From: a virus
Strand: one strand, 5' to 3'
IMG/VR virus record: IMGVR_UViG_3300032304_001168
DNA length: 64,000 bases
The translations under genes and the position numbers were made by a program. Positions 28,109-37,161 of this stretch are shown in pieces. The notes beneath the pieces are model-generated. The model was not told the DNA's origin. It saw only the letters and a program-made list of their open reading frames with translations, and did no database searches. Each line of letters starts with the position of its first letter. Within the stretch, counting starts at the first letter, position 1.

Positions 28109-28909
28109 TTACATCCACTCGAACAAATCACTAGATAAGTTTCTCAACTTTCTCAAACTTTTCTCTTTTATTTGGCGCACCCTCTCTTTCGTAAGATTGA
28201 AGTCCCCACCAATATCTTCCAATGTTCTTGGTGAACCTGTAAGACCAAAATAATCTTCAATGATGGTTTTCTCACGTTCATCCAAACAAGTCAATAATCC
28301 AAGTAGTTTGGTTTTAAGAATGTCTTTGGTATTAAATGATTCATCAGGCATATCAGCTTCATCATTCTTTAATACATCAAATAGTGTATCACCCTCTTCA
28401 TTGATGTCCATATCAAGGTCAATCATTGATGGTAATCCAGTGAATCTTTCATCTAGTTCACCACCTTTTTTATCAACCTCTTTCTTTGCTCTATGTAAAT
28501 CTTGAACCACATTTGTTGGGAGACGAATTGTTCTTGCATTCTCATTAAGAGATTGTAGAATTGACTGTTTAATCCACCATACAGCATAAGATATGAAACG
28601 TAAATCTTTGTTCCAATCAAAATTTTTGATGGCTTTCATAAGGCCAAAATTACCTTCGGCAATAAGGTCGGGTAAATCCAATCCTTGATTTTGATATTGT
28701 TTGGCCACGGTAATTACGAATCGTAGATTACCCTCCAATAATTCTTTATTTACTTTTTCCCTTTCTTCAATGGTCAACGTATCAGACTTCATTAGTTCTG
28801 CAAGTTGTTTCTCTCTCTCTGGGGTCATTACCTTTTTCTTTCTTATGTCTTTAAGATAAGATTGGATTTCTTCTTGATTGATTGGAATACCTGAATTTTT
28901 TTCTTTCAT
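28109..28909 (-). CDS. RNA polymerase sigma70 factor (RpoD/SigA-like)
   Basis: YLKDI (region 1.2), NLRFVITVAKQY, DLIAEGNFGL, FISYAVWWIKQ (2), TLEDIG...LTKERVRQI (4). Confidence 0.93.
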   Translation of the reverse strand: MKEKNSGIPINQEEIQSYLKDIRKKKVMTPEREKQLAELMKSDTLTIEEREKVNKELLEGNLRFVITVAKQYQNQGLDLPDLIAEGNFGLMKAIKNFDWNKDLRFISYAVWWIKQSILQSLNENARTIRLPTNVVQDLHRAKKEVDKKGGELDERFTGLPSMIDLDMDINEEGDTLFDVLKNDEADMPDESFNTKDILKTKLLGLLTCLDEREKTIIEDYFGLTGSPRTLEDIGGDFNLTKERVRQIKEKSLRKLRNLSSDLFEWM

Positions 28910-28910
28910 T

Positions 28911-29450
28911 TTATTTTGAATATTGTGTTAACAAATTTTTTTCATCAGCTGTAAGTGAACTCATACCACTAACATTAATCTTATCCAAGAGTTCATCCAA
29001 AGTTGGTACTTTAGGTTCACCGAATAATTTTTTCTTAATGTCAATTGATATTCTTTCCATTTTTAAATCATCCATAGGTTCATCTACACTCATATACATT
29101 GCATCTTGAACCATCTTTTGTTCTTCCTCCGTATATTCATCATTTGTCTTACACAAATCCGTACCAAATATATGTTGTTCATGTTCTTTTGGAAACCAAT
29201 ATGACATTTTGTCAGGTTTTATTGGGGTGAGGATATAAGTTATAGATAAATCACCCAAGATTACGTCAAATAAATTTTTAACCTTATCAAATCCTAACTT
29301 GGTTTCAAAGGTAATCAAAATTGTTTGTTCACCAAAAAAATATTTGATTGAACTACCCACAGGTATTGAATCTCTAATTTCGGTTGCAAGACTATGTGCG
29401 AACATTTCTTGTTTGTCGTGTTGGATAAAAACGTTTAATAGGTACTTCAT
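28911..29450 (-). CDS. hypothetical protein with C-terminal DUF6576-like domain
   Basis: PTLDELLDKINVSGMSSLTADEKNLL. Confidence 0.65.
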   Translation of the reverse strand: MKYLLNVFIQHDKQEMFAHSLATEIRDSIPVGSSIKYFFGEQTILITFETKLGFDKVKNLFDVILGDLSITYILTPIKPDKMSYWFPKEHEQHIFGTDLCKTNDEYTEEEQKMVQDAMYMSVDEPMDDLKMERISIDIKKKLFGEPKVPTLDELLDKINVSGMSSLTADEKNLLTQYSK

Positions 29451-29452
29451 AG

Positions 29453-29662
29453 TTATTTTGAATATTTGTTTAATAATTCCATTTCTTTTTTAGTCAGTGA
29501 CTCTAAACCATAACCAATTATCTTGTCTAAAAGTTCATCCAATGTTGGAATTTTTTCTCTGTATTGGTCTCCCAATAAACGTCTGAGTTTAAAATCTTTT
29601 CTATTATAACCTGGTCTCCAATCTATTTTTGGTCTCCTTGGTTGTTCATCTGGTTCTCTCAT
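29453..29662 (-). CDS. stand-alone DUF6576-like protein
   Basis: PTLDELLDKIIGYGLESLTKKEMELL. Confidence 0.6.
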   Translation of the reverse strand: MREPDEQPRRPKIDWRPGYNRKDFKLRRLLGDQYREKIPTLDELLDKIIGYGLESLTKKEMELLNKYSK

Positions 29663-29684
29663 ATTACTGTTCTTTTGTGTGAGT

Positions 29685-29715
29685 CAAAGATAATTTATAA
29701 CTATGAATTTTCAAA
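29685..29715 (-). promoter_or_regulatory. Bacteroidota sigma70-type promoter
   Basis: TTTG-N19-TATCTTTG. Confidence 0.65.
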
Positions 29716-29717
29716 AT

Positions 29718-32156
29718 TTATTTCAATAAAAATCCAAGTTCATAAACAAGTGGTCTCATTCTATCTTCCAAGTTTTTGTATAATTGTCTAAACTCTTTGA
29801 ATTCATCTGGAAAATATTCTTTCCAAACTAGTTTAAGTTGTGCATATCCAGCATCCCAACTATTTAAATGATTTGAGTTATCGGCCATAAGATGTCTTTG
29901 TCTCATAGATTTTTCAACTAATTCAATTGCTTTATCTAATACAAGTTTTGCATCAGGACTTAGTTTGTTGTAAATGTCTTGTTCACCGAATAGTAATTCA
30001 TAAACATATCTATTGTTACTGGTTCTAGCATCGTTGTATAATTCTGTGTAGTGATTATCATTAGCTAACTTCAACATCCTCTCTTTTGACATCCAAAAGA
30101 ATTCATTATTTATGTCCCAAAGTTTGTCTTTGTAAGTTACTTGTCTTAATGAACTTTGTTGACTTGAATTATTAAATAATGAATATACCACACTATCGTA
30201 TGTAAATTGTTGATATTGGGGGTGTTGTTCGTTGGGTTCAAGGTATTCATCTTTACAATTCATCCAATTTGGTTGTATTGTTTTTCTTGAGGTAAATGAT
30301 AATAAACATTTTTTAAAGTTAGATTGTTTAATAACTATTCCATGCGCATCAGAAAAAGCTCCACTAAAAATAGATACTTCCTTGATATTTTTTTCAACAT
30401 AATTTGACTTATTAAACATATACCCCAAAAAGTTTAGGGGTAATTTACAATTTCCAATTTGTTTAATATTTAATGAACTACTTAATTGAGGTGTATTATA
30501 TAAATTTTCTTTTTTATCAATATTCTTAACCCAATTAGATAAATTATTTAAATAATCTATGTTATATAGATTTTTGTTTCCTATTTTTTTTATTAATAAT
30601 TCTTTTTTATCATATTCTAATAAATCATATTCAAAATTAGTCTTAAATGTATTTGGTTTATCGTATATTGAAAATCCTATTCCCCAACCTTTGGCTACAT
30701 CTGAAAAGTTAGAGGCTTCAAATAAAAATCCTTTTTTATAACCAAAACTTTCAAGATATTCTTTTCTAAACTTTTTATATGAACTTCCAGTTAAATATAA
30801 GGGTGGACAAAATATTGAAATTTTTATATTATGATTAATTTCTTGTATTTTTGTTAATCTATACAAAAATTGAGCATACAAGTTTTCACTACATCTTCCC
30901 CATTTTTTTTCTTTCATTTCACTACCCATAATTGTATTATTTATACCACTTTTGTGGGTTTCACCAAAATTACCAGCTGTAGCATAAGGCGGATTTATTA
31001 AAATAATAATTTCCCTCCCACTTTCAATAGCATTTCTCAAACCTTTTGGTAATAGGTCATAATCATCATTCAAGAAATCAAATTGAAATTTTATTGCTTC
31101 AGGATTATATCCCATTTGTTCCGCAGTTTGAATATCTGAATAATTTAAAGTTGATACATATAGTTCTTTAAATTTAATTCCCCTTGTTAAATTACCAGTA
31201 CCCCAAGCTGGATCCCATACAATATACTTTTCTTTCCAATCCTCACCAAACACCGATGCTATATATTCATGTGCTTTATTCGCCCATATTGTTGGTGTAA
31301 AAAACTCACCTTGTTTTCTTCTAGTAATGTCTTGAATTAATCTATCAACAACTGCAGTTAATTCTTCTTTTTGTGTTGGTGAATAATTATGAGAAAAGTG
31401 ACTAAAAAAAGATGTAAAAGCTTCCTTAGATTTAACACTAACTTCGTTAAAAGATTTAGTAACTATTGTTTTTCTTTTAACAACAGGGTGCAAATAATTT
31501 TCATCAGGATTAATTAACAATTGTACAAATAAATTAGCCAATTGATTTGTATTTAAGCTATGTTTACCTAATACATTATTTTCAAAATAATTAAATACTT
31601 CAGTTATGTTATGTGGAGTAATTGGTATTAATCTCGTTACATTTTTAGCTAAATCTATGATTTTTTCAACAACAATATCCAACTCATTTATTGAAAAAAT
31701 AAATGGAGCAATCTTTTCATCTTGCATCAACTTTTCTTTAAGAGGAAATATCATATGAGCTTTAGATGCCGCTAATTCCCAATTAATATCCAAAGAAAGG
31801 TATTCAAATATTGTATTTGTATGGATTAAAAACCACTCGTTTTTATCTGCCAATAGTAAAACATTTGGTAACATCAATCCATTAAGTTCAAATTTTTTAA
31901 CATAATAGATTGCTTGTATTAATACATCAACTTGATTAGATTTATCTCTTAAATCAACATCTTTTTTGAATTCACACAATAATTTAATACCGTATTTTTG
32001 TGAAACACCATAACCATCACATTTGAATGGTGATGTAAATACCATATCAGGTATTTTTGTTGAGATGAATTGTCTGTAACTACTATTAACATCCATTTCA
32101 TCTTTTGATAAAGTTAATTGTGTTATGGTTTGGCCTGTTAAATTTCTCATAATCAT
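29718..32156 (-). CDS. N6-adenine methyltransferase with N-terminal nuclease-like domain (type IIG-like RM enzyme)
   Basis: GEFFTP, WDPAWGTG, NPPY; N-terminal CDG...LCEFK...Q..YY PD-(D/E)XK-like. Confidence 0.75.
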   Translation of the reverse strand: MIMRNLTGQTITQLTLSKDEMDVNSSYRQFISTKIPDMVFTSPFKCDGYGVSQKYGIKLLCEFKKDVDLRDKSNQVDVLIQAIYYVKKFELNGLMLPNVLLLADKNEWFLIHTNTIFEYLSLDINWELAASKAHMIFPLKEKLMQDEKIAPFIFSINELDIVVEKIIDLAKNVTRLIPITPHNITEVFNYFENNVLGKHSLNTNQLANLFVQLLINPDENYLHPVVKRKTIVTKSFNEVSVKSKEAFTSFFSHFSHNYSPTQKEELTAVVDRLIQDITRRKQGEFFTPTIWANKAHEYIASVFGEDWKEKYIVWDPAWGTGNLTRGIKFKELYVSTLNYSDIQTAEQMGYNPEAIKFQFDFLNDDYDLLPKGLRNAIESGREIIILINPPYATAGNFGETHKSGINNTIMGSEMKEKKWGRCSENLYAQFLYRLTKIQEINHNIKISIFCPPLYLTGSSYKKFRKEYLESFGYKKGFLFEASNFSDVAKGWGIGFSIYDKPNTFKTNFEYDLLEYDKKELLIKKIGNKNLYNIDYLNNLSNWVKNIDKKENLYNTPQLSSSLNIKQIGNCKLPLNFLGYMFNKSNYVEKNIKEVSIFSGAFSDAHGIVIKQSNFKKCLLSFTSRKTIQPNWMNCKDEYLEPNEQHPQYQQFTYDSVVYSLFNNSSQQSSLRQVTYKDKLWDINNEFFWMSKERMLKLANDNHYTELYNDARTSNNRYVYELLFGEQDIYNKLSPDAKLVLDKAIELVEKSMRQRHLMADNSNHLNSWDAGYAQLKLVWKEYFPDEFKEFRQLYKNLEDRMRPLVYELGFLLK

Positions 32157-32157
32157 T

Positions 32158-34527
32158 TTATTGTTTTACACTACTAATATTGTTTTCTTTAGATATTTTA
32201 ACCACGTTGTCCGCCCAATTACTTACAAGTGGATTATGGGTGATGACAAATATCTTTTCAAAATAGTTCTTGATTTTAATAAAAAATTCACCAACCATAT
32301 CCAAGTTCTCATTTGATATCTTTCCAAACACCTCGTCAAACACCACCAGGTTGGGTTTTGGTAATGAACTAATCTTACTTAACACCGCTCTCAATGCTAA
32401 TGATGCTATGGTTCTCTCATAACCCGATCCTGATGACATAAGTTTCTCAACCTGGGTATTATTATCAATCATCAAAAATTCAACCTCATTCTTATCATTA
32501 ATATTAATCTCCAATCTAAAATGACAACTATCTTCCAGCAACCTCTGTAACTCAGAATTCAACATTGGAATCATTGTTTTCATTATTGTCTTAGATATTC
32601 CATTCTTTCCAAAGATTTCCAAATATAACTTATATATTTTTTCCTTTTCAGATTCTTCCTTTATTTTTTCAATTTTTTGAAGATTATCTTTAATCTTATC
32701 TTTTAAACTATCAATTTGATAATTGTTAGAATCAATGATTCTCTGTACAGATACTTTTTCTCTATCCAATTCATCAATTCTCAGATTGGCTTTGATAAGT
32801 TGGGTTTCAATTTTGTTATTGGTGGATATTTTATCTTGTAACAAATTGAATTTTTCCAACTTATCTTCCAACCCTTTGATTTTCATCTCATAACCCTCAA
32901 TTGTAAGTTCATATTTTTCTTTGATAAGTTTGTTTTTCTCATACTCATCAAATTCTTTTTTCAATAGAACATACTTAGCTTCTCTGACTATTATATTAGA
33001 CATTAACCCCTCAAATTCAACTTTTTGACTATTATAATAGTCAAGTTCTGCTATCTTGTTTTGAGTTATTGATGCGGTTATTAATTCAATTCCACAATGT
33101 TCACATTTAATTCCCCCATCAACTGAAGACTTTAATTCTTCAATCGAATTGATTGTTTGTTCAACTTGAACAATCTTTTTATAGTATAGTTTGTGTTCAT
33201 CTTTTATCCAGTCGTGTTCTTGTTCCGAGTAAAACTCTGTAGGTTCAACTACTTTGAGTTCTTTTAATTGTCTTTCAACACTTTGTTTTTGGGTTTTTAT
33301 TCCCATAATTTCACTTTCAATACGTTCAGGAACAATATTGGAGATTTCAACATCAATATCCGTGTGTTTGGATTTTAATAATCCATCTCTATATTCTTGT
33401 CCTTTGATTATTCTGTTTTGAACATCAATAAGATTGTTTTGTTGGGTTATATTATCTGTTGTTAATTCTTGGATTCTTGAATTATAACCATCATTATCTG
33501 ATTTCAATTTCTCACTGGAATATACATTTGACAACATTGATTTTGAGAAGTCAGAATATATTTCTTTTGCAAGTTCTTCTTTCTTTTTGAGAAAGTCTAA
33601 CCCCATAAATTTTGATAATACTTGACCTCTTGCTGTTGGTTTGGAGTCAATCAAATCTTCAAGATTTGTTGCTGTTGTTAAGATTGTCATCAAGAAATCA
33701 TCTTTTGTTCCAATTGATGTTTTGATGAAATTCTCTGTTTCCCTCCTTTGTTCACCAGTAAAGTTTTGTAATGACCCATCGGATAATTTCTTATAAAAAT
33801 CCAATTCGGTTTTTACATTCCAAGTATCATCTTTCTTCTTCTTTCTTTCAATGTTTCTAATGATTACATATTCTTCCCCATCAATGATAATTTCACCTTT
33901 GACGTGGACTTTATCTTGAGTTGAGAATCTATTAAAAATTTCTTCAGCTTTTGTTGTCTTGGTGGTTTCATTGAAGAATAGGAATAACAATAGGTCAACG
34001 GTTAAAACTGTTTTCCCACCAAAATTTGCTGGATCTGATTCAACCACAGATATTCCATTACATTTTTCAAAATCTATTTTTTGATTTTGTCCATAAGATA
34101 AGAAATTGGAGAATTCAATATTTTTGATATACCATTTTTTGAATGGGGTAATATCTTCATCTGTCAATAATCTATTATCAACAATTCTATCTAGATTAAA
34201 GATTTCATCAGATAATTGATTTTGATTTTTGGAATCGAGATATGATTTAACCAATTCATATTGATAATTTTTATCCAAGATATTAAAGGAAACATCAACC
34301 GAGTGATTGGTTGTTTCTGTTATTTTTGTTTTGGTAATTACATTAACATTGGTTGAATTGTATTTTTTTTGGAAGTAATGTTTGATGCTCTTTATTTTTT
34401 CTTGTGTAAAGTTTTCAGCATAATCTTCCCATATTACCTGGATGTATGGATTATCAAACTTGGTAAAATCTATATCTTTAATCATATAATTGTAATTGTA
34501 TTCTATTGGTGGATTGAATAAATCCAT
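32158..34527 (-). CDS. sbcC: SbcC/Rad50 (gp46-like) recombination ATPase
   Basis: NFLSYG, NFGGKT Walker A, CEHC hook, SGSGYE signature, FDEVFG, ITH. Confidence 0.92.
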   Translation of the reverse strand: MDLFNPPIEYNYNYMIKDIDFTKFDNPYIQVIWEDYAENFTQEKIKSIKHYFQKKYNSTNVNVITKTKITETTNHSVDVSFNILDKNYQYELVKSYLDSKNQNQLSDEIFNLDRIVDNRLLTDEDITPFKKWYIKNIEFSNFLSYGQNQKIDFEKCNGISVVESDPANFGGKTVLTVDLLLFLFFNETTKTTKAEEIFNRFSTQDKVHVKGEIIIDGEEYVIIRNIERKKKKDDTWNVKTELDFYKKLSDGSLQNFTGEQRRETENFIKTSIGTKDDFLMTILTTATNLEDLIDSKPTARGQVLSKFMGLDFLKKKEELAKEIYSDFSKSMLSNVYSSEKLKSDNDGYNSRIQELTTDNITQQNNLIDVQNRIIKGQEYRDGLLKSKHTDIDVEISNIVPERIESEIMGIKTQKQSVERQLKELKVVEPTEFYSEQEHDWIKDEHKLYYKKIVQVEQTINSIEELKSSVDGGIKCEHCGIELITASITQNKIAELDYYNSQKVEFEGLMSNIIVREAKYVLLKKEFDEYEKNKLIKEKYELTIEGYEMKIKGLEDKLEKFNLLQDKISTNNKIETQLIKANLRIDELDREKVSVQRIIDSNNYQIDSLKDKIKDNLQKIEKIKEESEKEKIYKLYLEIFGKNGISKTIMKTMIPMLNSELQRLLEDSCHFRLEININDKNEVEFLMIDNNTQVEKLMSSGSGYERTIASLALRAVLSKISSLPKPNLVVFDEVFGKISNENLDMVGEFFIKIKNYFEKIFVITHNPLVSNWADNVVKISKENNISSVKQ

Positions 34528-34566
34528 TGTGAATCTTTTAATTGATTTTGGGGGTGAGTTATATTG

Positions 34567-34591
34567 AGGTGTGTATATATTTTAGTTATGT
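34567..34591 (+). other. attI-like site 2 (no adjacent integrase)
   Basis: AGGTGTgtATATATTtTAGTTATGT, same spacing as 1121 and 47195. Confidence 0.6.
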
Positions 34592-34608
34592 GTAATAAAA
34601 AACTAAAA

Positions 34609-34830
34609 TTAAACTACCTCAACTTTATACAGTGTTCTATTACCTAAAATTTCTTTTGAAAAACTTTTAATCACATCATTATTTTTGTGTGAAATAGTTT
34701 CCACATCTGAATTATTCTTAAATTCTTCTAATGTTTTACTTAACCTGTTAAAGTAGATTTGTTCCCACAAAAATATACCAGTCCATTGTAAGTTTTTCAA
34801 AATAAAATCTGTTAATTTAGTTCTTTTCAT
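34609..34830 (-). CDS. cassette ORF, hypothetical
   Basis: 73 aa inside the cassette. Confidence 0.6.
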   Translation of the reverse strand: MKRTKLTDFILKNLQWTGIFLWEQIYFNRLSKTLEEFKNNSDVETISHKNNDVIKSFSKEILGNRTLYKVEVV

Positions 34831-34848
34831 ATTGTTTAATTTTTAAAA

Positions 34849-35064
34849 TTATTTACCATATCTACTATTAACAAAAACTCTATTAGCTCCCGTTGTAAGT
34901 GATAATTGATTTTGTTGCTTCATCAATAGTTCAAATTGATTTTCTATTCTTAACCTGTCTGAATTACTTTTTAACATATTAATCAATTTATCCAACTCCA
35001 TATCTCTTTTTGAAGTTAGAAAACCAATTTGTTCCTTGTAATGTAGTTCGAGTTTTTGTTCCAT
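34849..35064 (-). CDS. cassette ORF, hypothetical
   Basis: 71 aa inside the cassette. Confidence 0.6.
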   Translation of the reverse strand: MEQKLELHYKEQIGFLTSKRDMELDKLINMLKSNSDRLRIENQFELLMKQQNQLSLTTGANRVFVNSRYGK

Positions 35065-35093
35065 TTGTATAATTTTTTAGTTTTTTTACATAC

Positions 35094-35178
35094 ACATAAC
35101 AACAAATATAAGAAATAAATTTTGATTTATCTATTTTTTATAGGTAAAATTTACTTCTCATATTTGCAACCGTTAGCG
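35094..35178 (+). repeat. attC-like site (85 bp)
   Basis: ACATAAC-aa-CAAATATaAGAA...TTCTcATATTTG-caacc-GTTAGCG. Confidence 0.75.
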
Positions 35179-35436
35179 GTAATGTTGAAAAGACAGCGTA
35201 TCGCCAGCATTGAACCTACCAACGCTATCCACAAACCAAGTTCCATACATATTCAAATCCATTTTATCAATAGGCTCGACTAAGTAAAGACTAGTTCCTT
35301 TTGTTTTGTTAGGTTTAATTCTTGTTACTACAAATTTTGATTGGCTATTAGGGAATTTGGTTTCTTCACCACAAGAAGAAAGTACTACAGCTAAAAACAC
35401 ATAGGCAAAAAAGCCGTTCAGTTTTCTATTTACCAT
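35173..35436 (-). CDS. putative lipoprotein
   Basis: lipobox-like VLSSC; its stop codon lies in the GTTA core. Confidence 0.6.
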   Translation of the reverse strand: MVNRKLNGFFAYVFLAVVLSSCGEETKFPNSQSKFVVTRIKPNKTKGTSLYLVEPIDKMDLNMYGTWFVDSVGRFNAGDTLSFQHYR

Positions 35437-35441
35437 TTGTT

Positions 35442-35615
35442 TTAATTTTTAGAACACTCAAATATTATTTCAATTTCATCTCCGTGGGTTTGAGTATCAA
35501 TTGCACCCACCATTGTAAGTCCACATTGATACTCCATTTCCCATACGTGAAGAGAATTGTCCTCTCGTTTTATTTCACACCCACATTTTGGACAATTATC
35601 AAATTCAATTTTCAT
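35442..35615 (-). CDS. small zinc-finger-like protein
   Basis: MKIEFDNCPKCG...YQCG. Confidence 0.5.
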   Translation of the reverse strand: MKIEFDNCPKCGCEIKREDNSLHVWEMEYQCGLTMVGAIDTQTHGDEIEIIFECSKN

Positions 35616-35865
35616 TTTGTGATTCAGGTTCAACATTGTTTTCCAATTCACTTGGGTCAACAACTGAAAATCCAAGTTCTTGTCCACCTAGGGTAACTTT
35701 CAACTCATTTTCTAATTGTTCGTTTTCAGTTAATTTTGCTTGATATTCTTTCAATTTTTGTTCCAACAATTGTGTGTATTGTTTTTGGAATTTTTTCTTT
35801 TCTGTTGCAATTTTTTCATTTCTTTTTGCAACTTTTTTTTTGTGTTCTTTAGTTTTCTTTCCCAT
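35605..35865 (-). CDS. hypothetical protein
   Basis: basic N-terminus, coiled coil. Confidence 0.6.
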   Translation of the reverse strand: MGKKTKEHKKKVAKRNEKIATEKKKFQKQYTQLLEQKLKEYQAKLTENEQLENELKVTLGGQELGFSVVDPSELENNVEPESQNEN

Positions 35866-35877
35866 CTGTAATATTAA

Positions 35878-36117
35878 TTATTTGTTTATTTTATTTATAA
35901 GTTTAACCCATCCCAATCCATTACAATAAGAATATCCAGCATCTTTGGCCTTCATTCTACATTTATCATTATCATTTTGAAATTCTTCTGGAGCGAAATT
36001 AACCCCCCATTTAATAATGGTGTCTTGTCCATCCATTTCAGCAATATCTTGTTCTGATGTTAGATAATGAATAAGAGTATCATTATTACCTTTCATTGTG
36101 TATTCATAAACTATCAT
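35878..36117 (-). CDS. hypothetical protein
   Basis: 79 aa ORF. Confidence 0.55.
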   Translation of the reverse strand: MIVYEYTMKGNNDTLIHYLTSEQDIAEMDGQDTIIKWGVNFAPEEFQNDNDKCRMKAKDAGYSYCNGLGWVKLINKINK

Positions 36118-36201
36118 TGTCTTATAAATTTTAAATTGTTAAACATTTAAGATAATATAGAAAATCAACCTTGGATTGTCAAATGGTGTGATATAATGAT
36201 T

Positions 36202-37038
36202 TCATTGAGGTTTAACTCTTTTAATAATATCTTTCATTCTTGAGAATACTTCCATACCAACAGGAAATGACATCAATGAAATTAAGAATTGATTGATATA
36301 AGCATACATTGATATTGCCTGACCTTGAGTCATTTGGAAATTGAAATTGGTAAATATTATTAAGGATCCCACCAAGAATATACTTTTTGTTATGTTCAAT
36401 GATGCCCAATTTCTACCTTGTAATGTTGATTGTAATATTATTACTCTTGCTCTACGTTTATAAAATGTCTCAATTACTTCATCGTCATTTGATTCCATTG
36501 CACGAGTTTTTTGTTCGTAGTGGGTATGTTCAACTTTTGTAACCTGGTCAATCTTACTATAAAAAATATAAACAATTATTATGATTGGTAAGATACAACA
36601 CATCACAATTAAACCTGTAATCCAACTCTGATAGAATATAAAAAATAAACTACCAAATAAACTCATAAATGACCATAAGAAATAATAAAGTCCATGTTCC
36701 AAGAAATTTATAACATAGTTGGATAAATCAGTTCTTGCAACTTTAACTGAGGTGTCAGCATCTTTATTATTCTTTAAGAATTTAAAAATTAAATCATTAT
36801 AAATTTTGGTATATATCTTGGTGTCAAATACCATTCTTCTATACATAAAAAAATTATGTAATAACTCTATAATCAAGAATACAAATAACCAAACATAATT
36901 TTTATTCAACAATCCATCAATTGCTTTTCCTAGAATAAAAGGCTCAACTAAAAACAATAGTTGAGCTATGAATATGTAAAAGTATATCATTAATAAAGAA
37001 AACTTATATTCCTTTATTATCCCATAAATGTATTTCAT
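36202..37038 (-). CDS. stand-alone ABC-exporter transmembrane domain (6 TM)
   Basis: EPFILGKAIDGL; TM spacing typical of ABC exporter TMDs; no NBD. Confidence 0.7.
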   Translation of the reverse strand: MKYIYGIIKEYKFSLLMIYFYIFIAQLLFLVEPFILGKAIDGLLNKNYVWLFVFLIIELLHNFFMYRRMVFDTKIYTKIYNDLIFKFLKNNKDADTSVKVARTDLSNYVINFLEHGLYYFLWSFMSLFGSLFFIFYQSWITGLIVMCCILPIIIIVYIFYSKIDQVTKVEHTHYEQKTRAMESNDDEVIETFYKRRARVIILQSTLQGRNWASLNITKSIFLVGSLIIFTNFNFQMTQGQAISMYAYINQFLISLMSFPVGMEVFSRMKDIIKRVKPQ

Positions 37039-37161
37039 TAATCTAAATCTTATTTTGAATTTTCAATTTTTGATAAGTTTCTTCTGTTATATAACCAGTT
37101 TCACCATCTGGTGCCATTATAATATAACCATTTTCCAATTCTTTGACAACTACAAATGTAT

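Larger units (their letters stand above)
34567..35178. mobile_element. integron-like locus 2: attI-like site plus one two-ORF cassette
   Basis: Cassette ends GTTATGTGTAATAAAAAACTAAAA / TTTTAGTTTTTTTACATACACATAAC, followed by an attC. Confidence 0.7.
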
